Shown here piece by piece: positions 9,575 to 19,736 of a stretch of 64,000 nt of DNA (positions within the stretch are counted from its first letter, which is position 1; the number at the start of each line of letters is the position of its first letter). The DNA lies in assembly GCA_963737655.1 (NCBI GenBank), contig CAVTTN010000002.1, positions 1,760,001-1,824,000 of the forward strand, written 5' to 3'. Made by a program: the position numbers and the translations under genes. The DNA is from an uncultured Planctomycetota bacterium (GTDB taxonomy: Bacteria; Planctomycetota; Planctomycetia; Isosphaerales; Isosphaeraceae). A model generated the notes under the pieces. It made no database searches. It was not told the origin of the DNA and saw only the letters and a list, made by a program, of their open reading frames with translations.

Positions 9575-11074
9575 TCACCCGCGATAGTGGGCCTTGACGG
9601 TCTCGACGGCCCGCCGCCACCGGGCGAGCTGCTGGCCTCTCCAGGATTCGTCGCGCCTCGGCTCGAACGAGACGCCCCCGGCCTCCAGGATTCCGGCGAC
9701 CTCGCCGATCGACGGCCAGAATCCCACGCCCAGACCGGCGAGGACGGCCGCGCCCAGGGCCGTGGATTCGCCCTGGGGGCTCCGTCTCAAGGGGCGGCCG
9801 AGCAGGTCGGCCTGGAACTGGAGGAACGGGTCGGAGCGGGCCATCCCTCCGTCGCATCGGAGCTCGCCCATCGGCTCGGGCGAGTCGGCGTCGATGGCGA
9901 CGATCAGGTCGGCGACCTGGAAGGCCACGCCTTCGAGAGTGGCCCTCGCCAGATCGGCCACCGAGGTGGCCCGGGTCAGGCCGAAGATCGTCCCCCGGGC
10001 CTCGGGCTCCCAGTGGGGGGCGCCGAGCCCGGTCAGCGAGGGGACGAACAGGACGCCGGAATCCGGGTCGGCCTTGTCGTACAGCAGGTCGATCTCCGGG
10101 GCGGCGCCGACGGCCTTCAACCCGTCGCGGAACCACTGGACGGCCGCCCCGGCGACGAACACGCTCCCCTCCAGAGCATATTGCGGAGGGCCCGACCCGA
10201 GCGAGGCCGCCACCGTGGCGACCAGCCCCCGGGACGACCTCACGGGCGACGATCCGGTGTGCGAGAGGAGGAACGCGCCGGTCCCATACGTACACTTGGC
10301 CCGGCCCGCCTCCCAGCATCCCTGGCCGACGAGCGAGGCTTGCTGGTCCCCGGCGACCCCGGCGATCGGCAGGCCGTCGGGGAGGTAGCCCAGTCCCTCG
10401 GTCCGGCCGATCTCCCCGCAGCTCGGGACGATTTCGGGCAATATTCCCTCCGGGACTCCGAAGAAGACGCAGAGGTCGTCGGCCCAGGAGAGCGTCTTGA
10501 GGTCCATCAAGAGGGTCCGGGAGGCGTTGGTGGCGTCGGTCGCGAACCTCCGGCCTCCGGTCAGGTGCCAGAGCATCAGGGAATCGACGGTGCCCGCCGC
10601 CAGATGGCCCGAGGCCGCGAGCGTGCCGGCCTCGGGGACGTTCTCCAGGAGCCAGGCGATCTTGGTGGCCGAGAAGTACGGGTCGAGGACCAGGCCGGTC
10701 CTCTCGGCGAGCCAGTCGCGGCGGTCGCGGTGGGCCTCGCAGAACCCGGCCGTCCGGCGGTCCTGCCAGACGATCGCCGGCCCGACGAATCGGCCGCTCG
10801 CACGGTCCCAGGCGACCGTGGTTTCCCTCTGGTTGGTCAATCCCACGGCCGCGATCCGGTCGGCCCCGATCCCCGAACTCCTCAGAGCGTCCTGAACCGT
10901 CAACCCCACCGAATCGACGAGCGTCTTCGGGTCGTGCTCGACCCACCCCGACCTCGGGAACGACGGCGGGACCTCGACTTGCCCCTGTCCGACGGGACGA
11001 AGCCGGCGGTCGTAGACGAGCGAGCGGGTGCTGGTCGTCCCCTGATCGATCGCCAGCAGATGATCGCGGGCCAT
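9575..11074 (-). CDS. glpK: Glycerol kinase
   Basis: AIDQGTTSTR, TNQRET, WQDRRT, YFSATK, GDQQA, KCTYGTG, ALEGS. Confidence 0.93.
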   Translation of the reverse strand: MARDHLLAIDQGTTSTRSLVYDRRLRPVGQGQVEVPPSFPRSGWVEHDPKTLVDSVGLTVQDALRSSGIGADRIAAVGLTNQRETTVAWDRASGRFVGPAIVWQDRRTAGFCEAHRDRRDWLAERTGLVLDPYFSATKIAWLLENVPEAGTLAASGHLAAGTVDSLMLWHLTGGRRFATDATNASRTLLMDLKTLSWADDLCVFFGVPEGILPEIVPSCGEIGRTEGLGYLPDGLPIAGVAGDQQASLVGQGCWEAGRAKCTYGTGAFLLSHTGSSPVRSSRGLVATVAASLGSGPPQYALEGSVFVAGAAVQWFRDGLKAVGAAPEIDLLYDKADPDSGVLFVPSLTGLGAPHWEPEARGTIFGLTRATSVADLARATLEGVAFQVADLIVAIDADSPEPMGELRCDGGMARSDPFLQFQADLLGRPLRRSPQGESTALGAAVLAGLGVGFWPSIGEVAGILEAGGVSFEPRRDESWRGQQLARWRRAVETVKAHYRG

Positions 11075-11210
11075 CGGCGGGCCCTCCTCGGAGGTTGCGG
11101 ATCGTCGGAGACGGGACGGCCCGCATCGTAGCAGAGAGACCCGTGACAAACCCGTCCCGACCGATCAGAATCGAGCCGCATCGTCCCCCATTCCGAAGAA
11201 AGGACCCGTC

Positions 11211-11646
11211 ATGAGCGAGGACGTCCTGATCCCCCTGGCCGGGATGGCCATCCCGATCGTGATCGTGCCGACGGTCCTGGCCTTCCGGCAGGCGTCGAAG
11301 AAGCGAGAGCCTCGACCACGCCGAGAGGATGAGGGCCCTGGAGACCGGCCAGCCCCTGCCGAACCGGACGCTCTGGCCGGCGGCCCTGACGCTCACGGCC
11401 ATCGGCGCCGGCGTGCCGATCGCCGCGTTCTTCTTCACCCTGATCGCTACGCTGAACGGCTCGGTGCCGGGGGAGATCTGGATCGCCCCGGTCGTCACGA
11501 CGTTCTTCACGACCCTCCTGACCGGCTCGCTCGCCCCGAATCTCCTGGGATCGGCCAGGCCCGCCCCGGGGCCGGACTCGCTGGCCAACGACTCCAAGCC
11601 CAGCTTCGATCCGGACGCCTACGACGTGGTCGGGCGTCGCGGTTGA
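11211..11646 (+). CDS. Small membrane protein, frameshift near 11310
   Basis: TM-KKRE|DHAERMRALETG-TM-TM when ORFs 11211 and 11329 are joined. Confidence 0.65.
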
Positions 11647-11674
11647 TCCTCCCTCGGATTCAAGGAGCGAAAGG

Positions 11675-12111
11675 ATGAGCGCGTTTCCCTGGGGCCTGAT
11701 GTGGGTCCTCCTGATCGTGTTCGGCTCCTGCGGCGTCTTCGTCGGCCCGCTCGTCTTCTTCGGGATGCGGCAGGAGCGCCGGAAGCACGAGCTGGAGCAC
11801 GCCGAGAAGATGAAGGCGATGGAGCTGGGGCTCCTTCCCGCCTCGCTGGAGTCCTTGAAGACGGAGGCGGGGCTGTCTCGGACCCTGGTGGCGCACGTCC
11901 CCCTGGGCGCCCTGGGGATCGTTCTGGCGCGAGCTGGCTCCTCGGCCCTCAGTCGTGGGCCTGGGTCGGGGCGGGACTCGTCGGCTGCACGAGCGTGGTT
12001 TGCGGGACGATCCTGGCCGTCCTACGCCCCCCGCCCGACCAGCGCCGACCCTCGGCCAGCAAGCCGCCGGAGCTCTCCGAGGCCCTCGACGCCGTCGCCC
12101 TCCGCAATTGA
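11675..12111 (+). CDS. Small membrane protein paralogous to the preceding gene, frameshift near 11925
   Basis: TM-RRKHELEHAEKMKAMELG-TM; C-terminus continues in the frame of ORF 11701. Confidence 0.6.
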
Positions 12112-13398
12112 TCCGCGGAGCCGAGCCAGCCCCGACGCCGCCCAGACGCCCATCAACGGCTCGATGGGCACATGGAATCGGGCCGAGACGATCGTCAGCG
12201 AGTGGAACCCGGCGATCAATCCGGCGGTCAGGAGCGTCGGCCCGAGCCTCCTTCGAAGCGCGCTCGGCATGAGGAGGAGGCCGAGTCCGGCGAGGACCGT
12301 CAGCCCGAGGTGGCCGCCTCGATAGATCCGGCTCCGGGTCTTCGGGTTCGTCTCGTCGAACAGGACGAAGAAGCGGAGCCGGCGGAGGCAGAGCCGCGGA
12401 TACCGCCAGGGATCGGCCCGGAGGTCGGCCATCGCCCGGCGGAACAGGAATCGCGAGCGGGCCGGCTCGGTCATCCGGGCCATCCGGTCATAGTCGGCCC
12501 GGGTCAGGGCGATATCGTCGAGGTATCCGGCCTCGTGGCGGGCTTCCCACAGGGCCCGATTCTGCTCTCGGAGGCTCGTCCCTCCCGAGCTCAACGCCCG
12601 ATCGACCGACGGCCGGACGACCTTGTCCGTCCCCTCGCTCTGCCGGCAGTTCCCCTGCCAGAAGGCGTATCCGAACGTGCTCTTCACGAACACGATCTCG
12701 CCGTGGACCGCGTAATTTCGGGCGATCCAGGGGGAGACGCCCAGAATGGCCGTCAGGGCGATCCGAAAGGCCGTCCTTCGCCACGTCGGGAGTCTCCCCA
12801 GGGCCACGGCCCAGGCGATCCCCGGGGCCGCGAGGCCGAGGATCGGGTCGGTCAGGATCAGCAGGGCGAGGACTCCTCCGCAGAGCACGCCGTCGATCGC
12901 CCGGCCCGTTCGCCCGCTCCGAAACCCCAGGGCGAGCGACCAGACGAGCAAGGTCGAAGCCAGCGCCGCCACCTGAACATGGGTCGCCGAGTAGACGAGC
13001 GTCGGATGCAGGGCCGCCACCAGCCCCGCGACGATCGCCACGAGCTTCCGTCCCGGGGTCGCTTCCCGGGCCAAGGCCATCGCGCCGGCCGCCAGGATGC
13101 CTCCGAGGATCGCCTGGCCGACCTGGAGGACCAGGAGGGCCGTCGGCGAGCCGACCCCTCCGAGGGCATAGGCCCCGGCCACGACGAACGGATAGATCGG
13201 CGCTTGCTGGGAGGTCGGCCCGTCCGCCCCGAGGAACTGGACCGAGAACCCCCGGCCGGCGAGCAGGTTCTCGGCGATCTCGCCGTGCTCGAACGTGCTC
13301 CGGGGGACGTGGTGGCTCTGCAAGACGAGGATCGCCGCCACCCTCACCGCGATGGCCAGGACGACGACGGCCGCGGCGGGGCCTCGGGGAACATTCAT
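12022..13398 (-). CDS. GT-C fold membrane glycosyltransferase (ArnT/PMT-like)
   Basis: EHGEIAENLLAGRGF...QAPIYP, PWIARNY, ARFHVPIEP; many TMs. Confidence 0.75.
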   Translation of the reverse strand: MNVPRGPAAAVVVLAIAVRVAAILVLQSHHVPRSTFEHGEIAENLLAGRGFSVQFLGADGPTSQQAPIYPFVVAGAYALGGVGSPTALLVLQVGQAILGGILAAGAMALAREATPGRKLVAIVAGLVAALHPTLVYSATHVQVAALASTLLVWSLALGFRSGRTGRAIDGVLCGGVLALLILTDPILGLAAPGIAWAVALGRLPTWRRTAFRIALTAILGVSPWIARNYAVHGEIVFVKSTFGYAFWQGNCRQSEGTDKVVRPSVDRALSSGGTSLREQNRALWEARHEAGYLDDIALTRADYDRMARMTEPARSRFLFRRAMADLRADPWRYPRLCLRRLRFFVLFDETNPKTRSRIYRGGHLGLTVLAGLGLLLMPSALRRRLGPTLLTAGLIAGFHSLTIVSARFHVPIEPLMGVWAASGLARLRGSIAEGDGVEGLGELRRLAGRGSALVGRGA

Positions 13399-13407
13399 GA
13401 GGGATTC

Positions 13408-14978
13408 CTACGGGCCGGTCCTTCGGCGACTCGCCGGATCGGCCGGGATTGTGGCGGCGGCCTCGCTCGGGGTCAATCCGACTTGGCTCGTTGCCCTGAC
13501 CCGATAGACCACCGCCGACCTCGGCCCGCCCGCCGAGTCTCCCCAGACGCGCTCCACCCGGTCGGGCGAGCGGGAGACGAACGCCGACAGCGGGCTCGGG
13601 GCGGCCCGGGCGTAGCGTTCCTCGTCGATCAGGAGGAACGCCACGCCGAAGCGTTCGATCAGCGACGAGATTTCGGCCGGAGAGGCGCCGTCGGGAGGGG
13701 CGATCGCGGCCCGTCCGGTCTGCCAGAACACCTCCCCGGGATGGCGGGTCAGGACCGGCCCGATCGAGTCGCGATCCTCGGCGATCCGGGCGCAGGCGGC
13801 ATCGAACGGAGCGTTCGCGAGCCGGGAGGTGTCGGCCCGATGGCCGAGGATCGCGTAGAGGGAATACGGGATCGCCCCGATCAGGACGAACCCGGCCGCG
13901 ATCCCTCGCGCCCTTCGTCGCCCGATTGGTGCCAGGATCGCCGCCAGCCCCTCGGCCAGTCCGGCGAGGAGGAACGGGATGATCGGGACGAGGAACCGGC
14001 CCGCCTCCGTGAACGGCCAGAGGAGCAGGAGGGCCAGGGTCGCCAGGGGGGCCATCGCGAGGAGGCGTTTTCGGGGCGTCCGAAGCATCCTGATCCATCC
14101 GACGGCGATCCCGCCCGACACGAGGCCGGCGAATGCCGTTGCCGGGATCGTCCAACCCGGTCGGAACACCGTCGCCACCTCCACGACCGGGCCGAGCCAC
14201 TGGTCGGGCATCCTCCGCAGATAAAACAGGGTGTTTTCGGCGATCGTGGCGAGGAGGCCGGACCTCGGGACCAGGCCGATCTGGGTCCGTTCCCGGACCG
14301 CCGCAAGCCAGACGACCCACGGCGAAACGACCAGCATCATCGACATCCCAGCAACCGCCGTCGCGGCGACCTTTCGCCTCAAAAGCAGGTCGCCCAGGAC
14401 CGCCGCCGCCATCGCCAACCCCGCGTGACGGGTCAAGATCGCCGATCCCAGGGCCATTCCGAGCGCGACCCCCCACGATTTCCGCCCGGATCGCGCGACC
14501 CGATCGGCCAGGAGGAGCGAGAGCGTCCCGAGAAGGAGAAACGGAGGCTCCGAACCGATCGCCGATCCGTCCCGTGCCCATCGCCAGTCGATCGCCAGGG
14601 CCAATCCGAGCAGGAAGGCCACTTCGGGCCGGAAGCGCACCCGAAAGAGGAGCCAGGAACCGATCGTGGCCGCGAGCGTACAGGCCATCGCCAGGAGATG
14701 CGCCGCCGGGCGCTCGGCCCGGTGATCCGCCAGGTCAGGGCCAGCCAGATCGGATATCCCGGAGGGAAGTGGGCGTGGAGGGGGGCGTTGGGATGGTCGA
14801 TCTCGCGATAGCCCCGGCCGTCCAGGAGCGACCGGGCGAGGACCGCGTATCCGGCGCCGTCGAATCGAGGAGGGGAGTCGAGCCGGGCGTTCGCCGCCAT
14901 CGCCAGGGTCGCGACGACCGCCAGGATCGCGGCCTGGACCGGCCCGGAGCGGATCGCGGGGAATCGGGCGGGTTTCAT
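13408..14978 (-). CDS. GT-C fold membrane glycosyltransferase, frameshift near 14700
   Basis: DGAGYAVLARSLLDGRGY...HFPPGYP (ORF 14433) continues into SEPPF...LTRHAG...GRFLVP (ORF 13408). Confidence 0.75.
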
Positions 14979-14999
14979 CGTTCGCTCCCGGCCGGTTCC

Positions 15000-15104
15000 G
15001 GATTCACCACGAAGCCACGAAGGGCACGGAGGCGGACACAAAGAAGATAACGGGCTTCTTCTTTGTGTCCGCCTCCGTGCCCTTCGTGGCTTCGTGGTGA
15101 ATCC
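15000..15104. repeat. Perfect inverted repeat with 48-bp arms and a 9-nt loop (REP-like hairpin)
   Basis: 15000-15047 ggattcaccacgaagccacgaagggcacggaggcggacacaaagaaga is the exact reverse complement of 15057-15104. Confidence 0.95.
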
Positions 15105-15220
15105 CGCGAGTATTTCGACGTGCACGCGGCCATCATAAGCCCTCGGGAGGGATCTTGCTCGGCCCTGGCCTCCGTCGTACCTTGCGAGGCATCGCCTCGC
15201 CCGACCTTCGAGAGGTTCGC

Positions 15221-16390
15221 ATGCCCTCCTTCACCCTGACCGACGCCTCGGCCGACCTCTGGGTCGAGACCTTCTCCCTCGGCCCGGACGACCTGAACAT
15301 CGCCGGAGGCCCGGCCTGGTCGGTCACCAAGACCCGATTGAAGGGGGGCCGCCGCGACGGGGTGGACCTGATCCAGGTCGAGAACGGCCGGTTGGCGTTC
15401 TCCGTCATCCCGACCCGGGGAATGAACCTCTGGAAAGGGCGGCTCGGTGGTTTGGATCTGGGGTGGAAGTCGCCCGTGACCGACGGCCCGGTGAATCCGT
15501 GTTTCGTCGATCTCCAAAGCTGGGGCGGCCTGGGATGGCTCGACGGCTTCGACGAGCTCCTCGCCCGGTGTGGGACCGAGTCCTACGGCCCTCCCTTCAA
15601 GGAAGGGGACCGCTCTTACACCCTCCACGGCCGGATCTCGAACATCCCGGCGCGGTTCGTGGCCGTCCACGTCGAAGACGCGCCTCCTCATGCGATCACG
15701 ATCGAGGGGCAGGTGGACGAGTGCCGGCTGTTCTCGACCCAGACCCGTTTGGTCACGAGGATGACCACCGTCCCGGGGTCGAACCGGGTGACGATCCGAG
15801 ACGAGTTCCACAACCTCCGCGACTCCCCCGGAGAGCTCCAGATCCTGTACCACTGGAACCTCGGGCCGCCGTTGATGGAAGACGGGGCGAGGTTCCTCGC
15901 GCCGATGGAGATGATCTTGCCCCGAGACGCCGAGGCGACGCGTGGCCTCGGGCATTTCGGCGAGTACGGCCCGCCGCTCTCGGGATCGGCCGAGCAGGTC
16001 TATTTCTTCCGACTCCTGGGCGAAGGCCCCGAGGGCCGGACCCTGGCCATGCTCCGCAACCGAGCCGGAGACAGGGCGGCGGCCCTGCGGTTCTCGACGA
16101 GCCAGCTCCCCACCTTCACGCTCTGGAAATGCCAACGAGGGCCCAACGAAGGGTACGTCACCGGCCTCGAACCGGCCACCGGCTACCCCAACGCCCGCCC
16201 GTTCGAGGCCGCCCGAAACCGGGTCCTCACGATGGAACCAGGGGGCGTTTACGTCGCCGAAACGACCCTCGAAGTCCTCGATGACGCCGAGGGCGTGGCG
16301 CGGGTCGAGGCCGAAATCGCCGCGATCCAGGGGGGAAAGGCCCCGACGATCCACCCGAAGCCGGTCGAGCCATTCGTGGGCGAGGCGTGA
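15221..16390 (+). CDS. Aldose 1-epimerase-like / DUF4432 family protein
   Basis: PTRGM, WLDGFDE, YTLHGRISN, LYHWNLG, YVTGLEPATGYP. Confidence 0.8.
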   Translation: MPSFTLTDASADLWVETFSLGPDDLNIAGGPAWSVTKTRLKGGRRDGVDLIQVENGRLAFSVIPTRGMNLWKGRLGGLDLGWKSPVTDGPVNPCFVDLQSWGGLGWLDGFDELLARCGTESYGPPFKEGDRSYTLHGRISNIPARFVAVHVEDAPPHAITIEGQVDECRLFSTQTRLVTRMTTVPGSNRVTIRDEFHNLRDSPGELQILYHWNLGPPLMEDGARFLAPMEMILPRDAEATRGLGHFGEYGPPLSGSAEQVYFFRLLGEGPEGRTLAMLRNRAGDRAAALRFSTSQLPTFTLWKCQRGPNEGYVTGLEPATGYPNARPFEAARNRVLTMEPGGVYVAETTLEVLDDAEGVARVEAEIAAIQGGKAPTIHPKPVEPFVGEA

Positions 16391-16397
16391 GGGGCCG

Positions 16398-18524
16398 TCA
16401 AGCCTGTCGGGCGCGGAGGAGCCTCAGCGCGTTGGCCACGACGAGGAGGCTGACGCCCACGTCGGCCGCGATGGCCATCCAGAGGTTCGCGACGCCGAGG
16501 ACCGCCAGGACGAGGACCGCCGCCTTCGTCGAAAGGGCCAAGACGATGTTTTGACGGATGGTCCGCAGCGTCCGCCGTCCGAGGCGGACGAGCCAGGGAA
16601 GGCCGGTCAGGTCGTCGGCCATCAGGACGACGTCGGCGGTCTCCAGGGCGGTGGCGCTGGAGATCCCGCCCAGGGCGACGCTGACACGGGCTTCGGCCAG
16701 GGCGGGGGCGTCGTTCACGCCGTCGCCGACCATCCCGGTGGGGCCTCGGCGCCTCTGGATCTCGGCGATGGCGAGGGCCTTGTCCTGGGGCAGGAGGCCC
16801 GATCGACGGTCGGCGATGCCGAGTTCCTCGGCCACGGCGGCGGCGGTCGGGGCGTTGTCGCCGGTGAGCATCACGGCCTCGATCCCCAGGGCCGCCAGGT
16901 CGGCCAGGACCTTCGCGGCCTCGGGCCTCGGCCGGTCGGCCAGGCGAATCCAGCCCCAGGCGCCGGCCTCGCCGGCCACCGCCACGGCCGTCCCCGAGTC
17001 ATTCTCCGCGCGAACCAACCGGGCGTGGAACTCGGGCGGGCAGAGGCCGGATTCATCGAGAAATCGGTGACTGCCGACGTGGTAACGCGATGAATCGACG
17101 GTCGCCGTCGCCCCCAGGCCCGGGACGGCCCGGTAGTCGCCGGCCTCGGGGATCGCCAGCGAATGCTCCCGGGCGTGGCGGGCGATCGCGCGGCCCAGGA
17201 CGTGGCCGCCGAGGTCGCCGAGCGCCGCGGCGATCTTCAGGAGATCATCCCCGGGCCGACCCTCCTCCGGGACGACCTCCACCACCGAGGGTTCGCCCCG
17301 GGTCAGCGTCCCGGTCTTGTCGAAGGCGAGCACGCGGAGCCGGCCGACCTCTTCGAGGAACTGCCCGCCCTTGACCAAAATCCCCCGCCTCGCCGCCGCC
17401 GCCAGGGCCGCCACTACCGCCACCGGGGTGGCGATCACCAGGGCGCACGGGCAGGCGATCACCAGGACCACCAACCCCCGGAGGAACCACTCCCGCCAGC
17501 CCCCCGACGCCCCGAGCAGGGGGGGCCCGAGCATCACCGCCATCGCCACAATCAGGACGGCCGGCGTGTACACGGCCGCGAATCGCTCGATCGTCCGTTC
17601 CACCGGGGCCCGGCCCTTTTGCGCCGAGCGGACCCCCTCGGCGATCCGCGAGACGACGGACTCGTTCAGCGGGGCGCCGGCCTCGACCTCCAGCGAACCC
17701 TCGCCGTTGACCGTCCCGGCGAAGACCGGGTCGCCAGGGCCTCGGTCCACCGGGACCGACTCGCCGGTGATCGCCTTCTGGTCCAGGCTCGACCTCCCCG
17801 AGACGACCCGGCCGTCGATCGGCACCCGCTCGCCGGCGCGAACGCGGACGCGGTCGCCGGCCACGAGGTCGGCCGCCGGGACTACCCGGGTCGAGCCGTC
17901 GGGGCCGATCCTCTCGGCGGTCTCCGGGGCGATCTCCAGCAAGGCCCGGACGGCCCGTCGGGCGCGGTCCAGGCTCAGGGCCTCCAACGCCTCGGAGAGC
18001 CCGAAGAGGAACGCGATCGTCGCCGCTTCGTCCAGTTGACCCAGGGCCGCCGCGCCGACCACGGCCACGGCCATCAAAACGTGAATATCCAGCCGGAACG
18101 AGCGGATCGACCGCAGGGCCCGGGGGACCAGGCCCACGGCCCCGATCAGCGCCGAGCCGGCCAGGACCAGCCGGGAGGCCGGGGCAGGCCCTCCGGCCGC
18201 GTCGATCGCCATGCCGACCGCCAGCAGGAGGCCCGAGCCGACCGTAGGGCCCCAGCGAGAAAGGCTTGACGGAGACGGCTTGGGTCCGGTCTCGGACGCC
18301 CCGCCGACGACCTCGGCCCTCATCCCGGCCTTCTCGGCGATCTTGTGAATCAGGGAGGACGGTCCGATCTTTGCAGGATCGTACTGGACGGTCATGATCC
18401 CGTTCATGGGATCAAATCCCAGGTCGGCAACTCCGGCCGTCCCGGCGAGGGCCGATCGAAGGGCCGGGATCTCGGCCGGGCAATCCAGGCCCGCGACCCG
18501 CAGGACACATCGGGCTTCGGCCAT
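16398..18524 (-). CDS. zntA: Heavy-metal P1B-type ATPase (Zn/Cd/Pb type)
   Basis: HMA GLDCPAE, TGES, CPCAL, DKTGTLT, MVGDGVNDAP. Confidence 0.88.
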   Translation of the reverse strand: MAEARCVLRVAGLDCPAEIPALRSALAGTAGVADLGFDPMNGIMTVQYDPAKIGPSSLIHKIAEKAGMRAEVVGGASETGPKPSPSSLSRWGPTVGSGLLLAVGMAIDAAGGPAPASRLVLAGSALIGAVGLVPRALRSIRSFRLDIHVLMAVAVVGAAALGQLDEAATIAFLFGLSEALEALSLDRARRAVRALLEIAPETAERIGPDGSTRVVPAADLVAGDRVRVRAGERVPIDGRVVSGRSSLDQKAITGESVPVDRGPGDPVFAGTVNGEGSLEVEAGAPLNESVVSRIAEGVRSAQKGRAPVERTIERFAAVYTPAVLIVAMAVMLGPPLLGASGGWREWFLRGLVVLVIACPCALVIATPVAVVAALAAAARRGILVKGGQFLEEVGRLRVLAFDKTGTLTRGEPSVVEVVPEEGRPGDDLLKIAAALGDLGGHVLGRAIARHAREHSLAIPEAGDYRAVPGLGATATVDSSRYHVGSHRFLDESGLCPPEFHARLVRAENDSGTAVAVAGEAGAWGWIRLADRPRPEAAKVLADLAALGIEAVMLTGDNAPTAAAVAEELGIADRRSGLLPQDKALAIAEIQRRRGPTGMVGDGVNDAPALAEARVSVALGGISSATALETADVVLMADDLTGLPWLVRLGRRTLRTIRQNIVLALSTKAAVLVLAVLGVANLWMAIAADVGVSLLVVANALRLLRARQA

Positions 18525-18711
18525 CCTTCGGGGACCTCGGGGCCTCGGGGAACTGGCGGCGCCAGAGGCGGGCCGCCTGACTCCGGCCATTATAGGGAAA
18601 GCCCGAGGGCCGGGCAGCGCGACCTGGGGCCGCCCCGGGTTGTCTCGTCCCCGTGCCCTCGACTAGACTGGACCGTCGAAGTCTTCCGGCGGTCTTTCCC
18701 GGCGAGGGATC

Positions 18712-19311
18712 ATGGGCGACGTCTATTTCGTCCGGTTCGGCATGATGCGGCACGTCGCGCGGTTCGCGGCCGGCTCCGGAGGCCGCTTCGCCGCCGGGGA
18801 TCAGGTCGTCGTCGGCTCCTGGCGAGGGGCCGAGCTCGGGCAGGTCCTGGCCCTGACGACCGATCCGGACGATCCCAAGCTTCCCCCGCTCCGCCGGGCG
18901 GGTCCGGAAGACCTGGAAGCGGCCGAAAGGGGCGAGGCGGACCGGGGCCGTCGGCTCTCGGCGTGCGAGGCCGTCTTCCGGGACGGCCTTTGGCCCCTGG
19001 AATTGATCGACGTCGAGCCGATGCTCGACGACCGCCGGACCGTCGTCCTGTACCTGGGCCCCCACCGCCTGGACGCCTCGGGCCTGGCCCAGGCGGTCCG
19101 CGATTCGTGCGGACTCGACATCGTCCTTCAGCCGGTCGGTCGCGACGAGCCGGCCGAGGACGAGAGCCACGGCGGCTGCGGGTCGTGCGGCGAGGGGGGG
19201 GGCTGCGGGTCCACGGGGGGCGGCTGCGGGTCCGAAGGCGGCTCGGGGTGCGGTTCCTGCGCCGTCAAGGACCTCGTCCGTCACGCCAGCGTCCCGGCCG
19301 GGGACCATTAG
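18712..19311 (+). CDS. PSP1 C-terminal-like domain protein with Cys/Gly-rich tail
   Basis: GDQVVV.SWRGAELG.V, LELIDVEPMLD, tail GCGSCG..GCG...GCG...GCGSC. Confidence 0.7.
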   Translation: MGDVYFVRFGMMRHVARFAAGSGGRFAAGDQVVVGSWRGAELGQVLALTTDPDDPKLPPLRRAGPEDLEAAERGEADRGRRLSACEAVFRDGLWPLELIDVEPMLDDRRTVVLYLGPHRLDASGLAQAVRDSCGLDIVLQPVGRDEPAEDESHGGCGSCGEGGGCGSTGGGCGSEGGSGCGSCAVKDLVRHASVPAGDH

Positions 19312-19504
19312 GGCGGTCCCGGCCGGGGGTGCGACCGAATCCGACGAGGACCGGCCCCGACCGGTTCGCGGTTGATTTCGCCGCTCCGATTTTGTAATCG
19401 GGATTTCGTTCTCGGGGGATAGTTTGCTTGTACGGGAAAAATTCCCGGCTTGAACAATACGCATGGGAGGCTTTCCGGATGGTTTTTCGGGAGACGATGC
19501 CGTC

Positions 19505-19699
19505 ATGCCCCGAGTTCGCAACCCCCGCTTCGCGCCGGAGTGGCTGGAGAGGAAGCTCAGCCCGTCGAACGTGGTCGCCGCCCCCTCGGCGATCGTGACG
19601 ACCATGACGTTCGATGACCCCGAGCCGCTGCCGCCCGAAGTGCCGGGCGACCCGCCGATCGAGCCGATCACCCCGACCGGCCCGACCGGCCCAGGCTGA
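19505..19699 (+). CDS. Small peptide with planctomycete-type (RxxxExLExRxL-like) N-terminus and Pro/acidic tail
   Basis: MPRVRNPRFAPEWLERKLSPS...DDPEPLPPEVPGDPPIEP; GGAG upstream; preceded by an AT-richer region. Confidence 0.65.
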   Translation: MPRVRNPRFAPEWLERKLSPSNVVAAPSAIVTTMTFDDPEPLPPEVPGDPPIEPITPTGPTGPG

Positions 19700-19736
19700 G
19701 GAGAGGGAGAAAGTCCGACCCGGCCCCGGGACGGAC

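Noticed and set aside
18412..19736. Apparent C-terminal extension of the kinase in the 1465-aa ORF
   Set aside because: Read-through caused by the frameshift near 19995; it overlaps two better-supported plus-strand genes.
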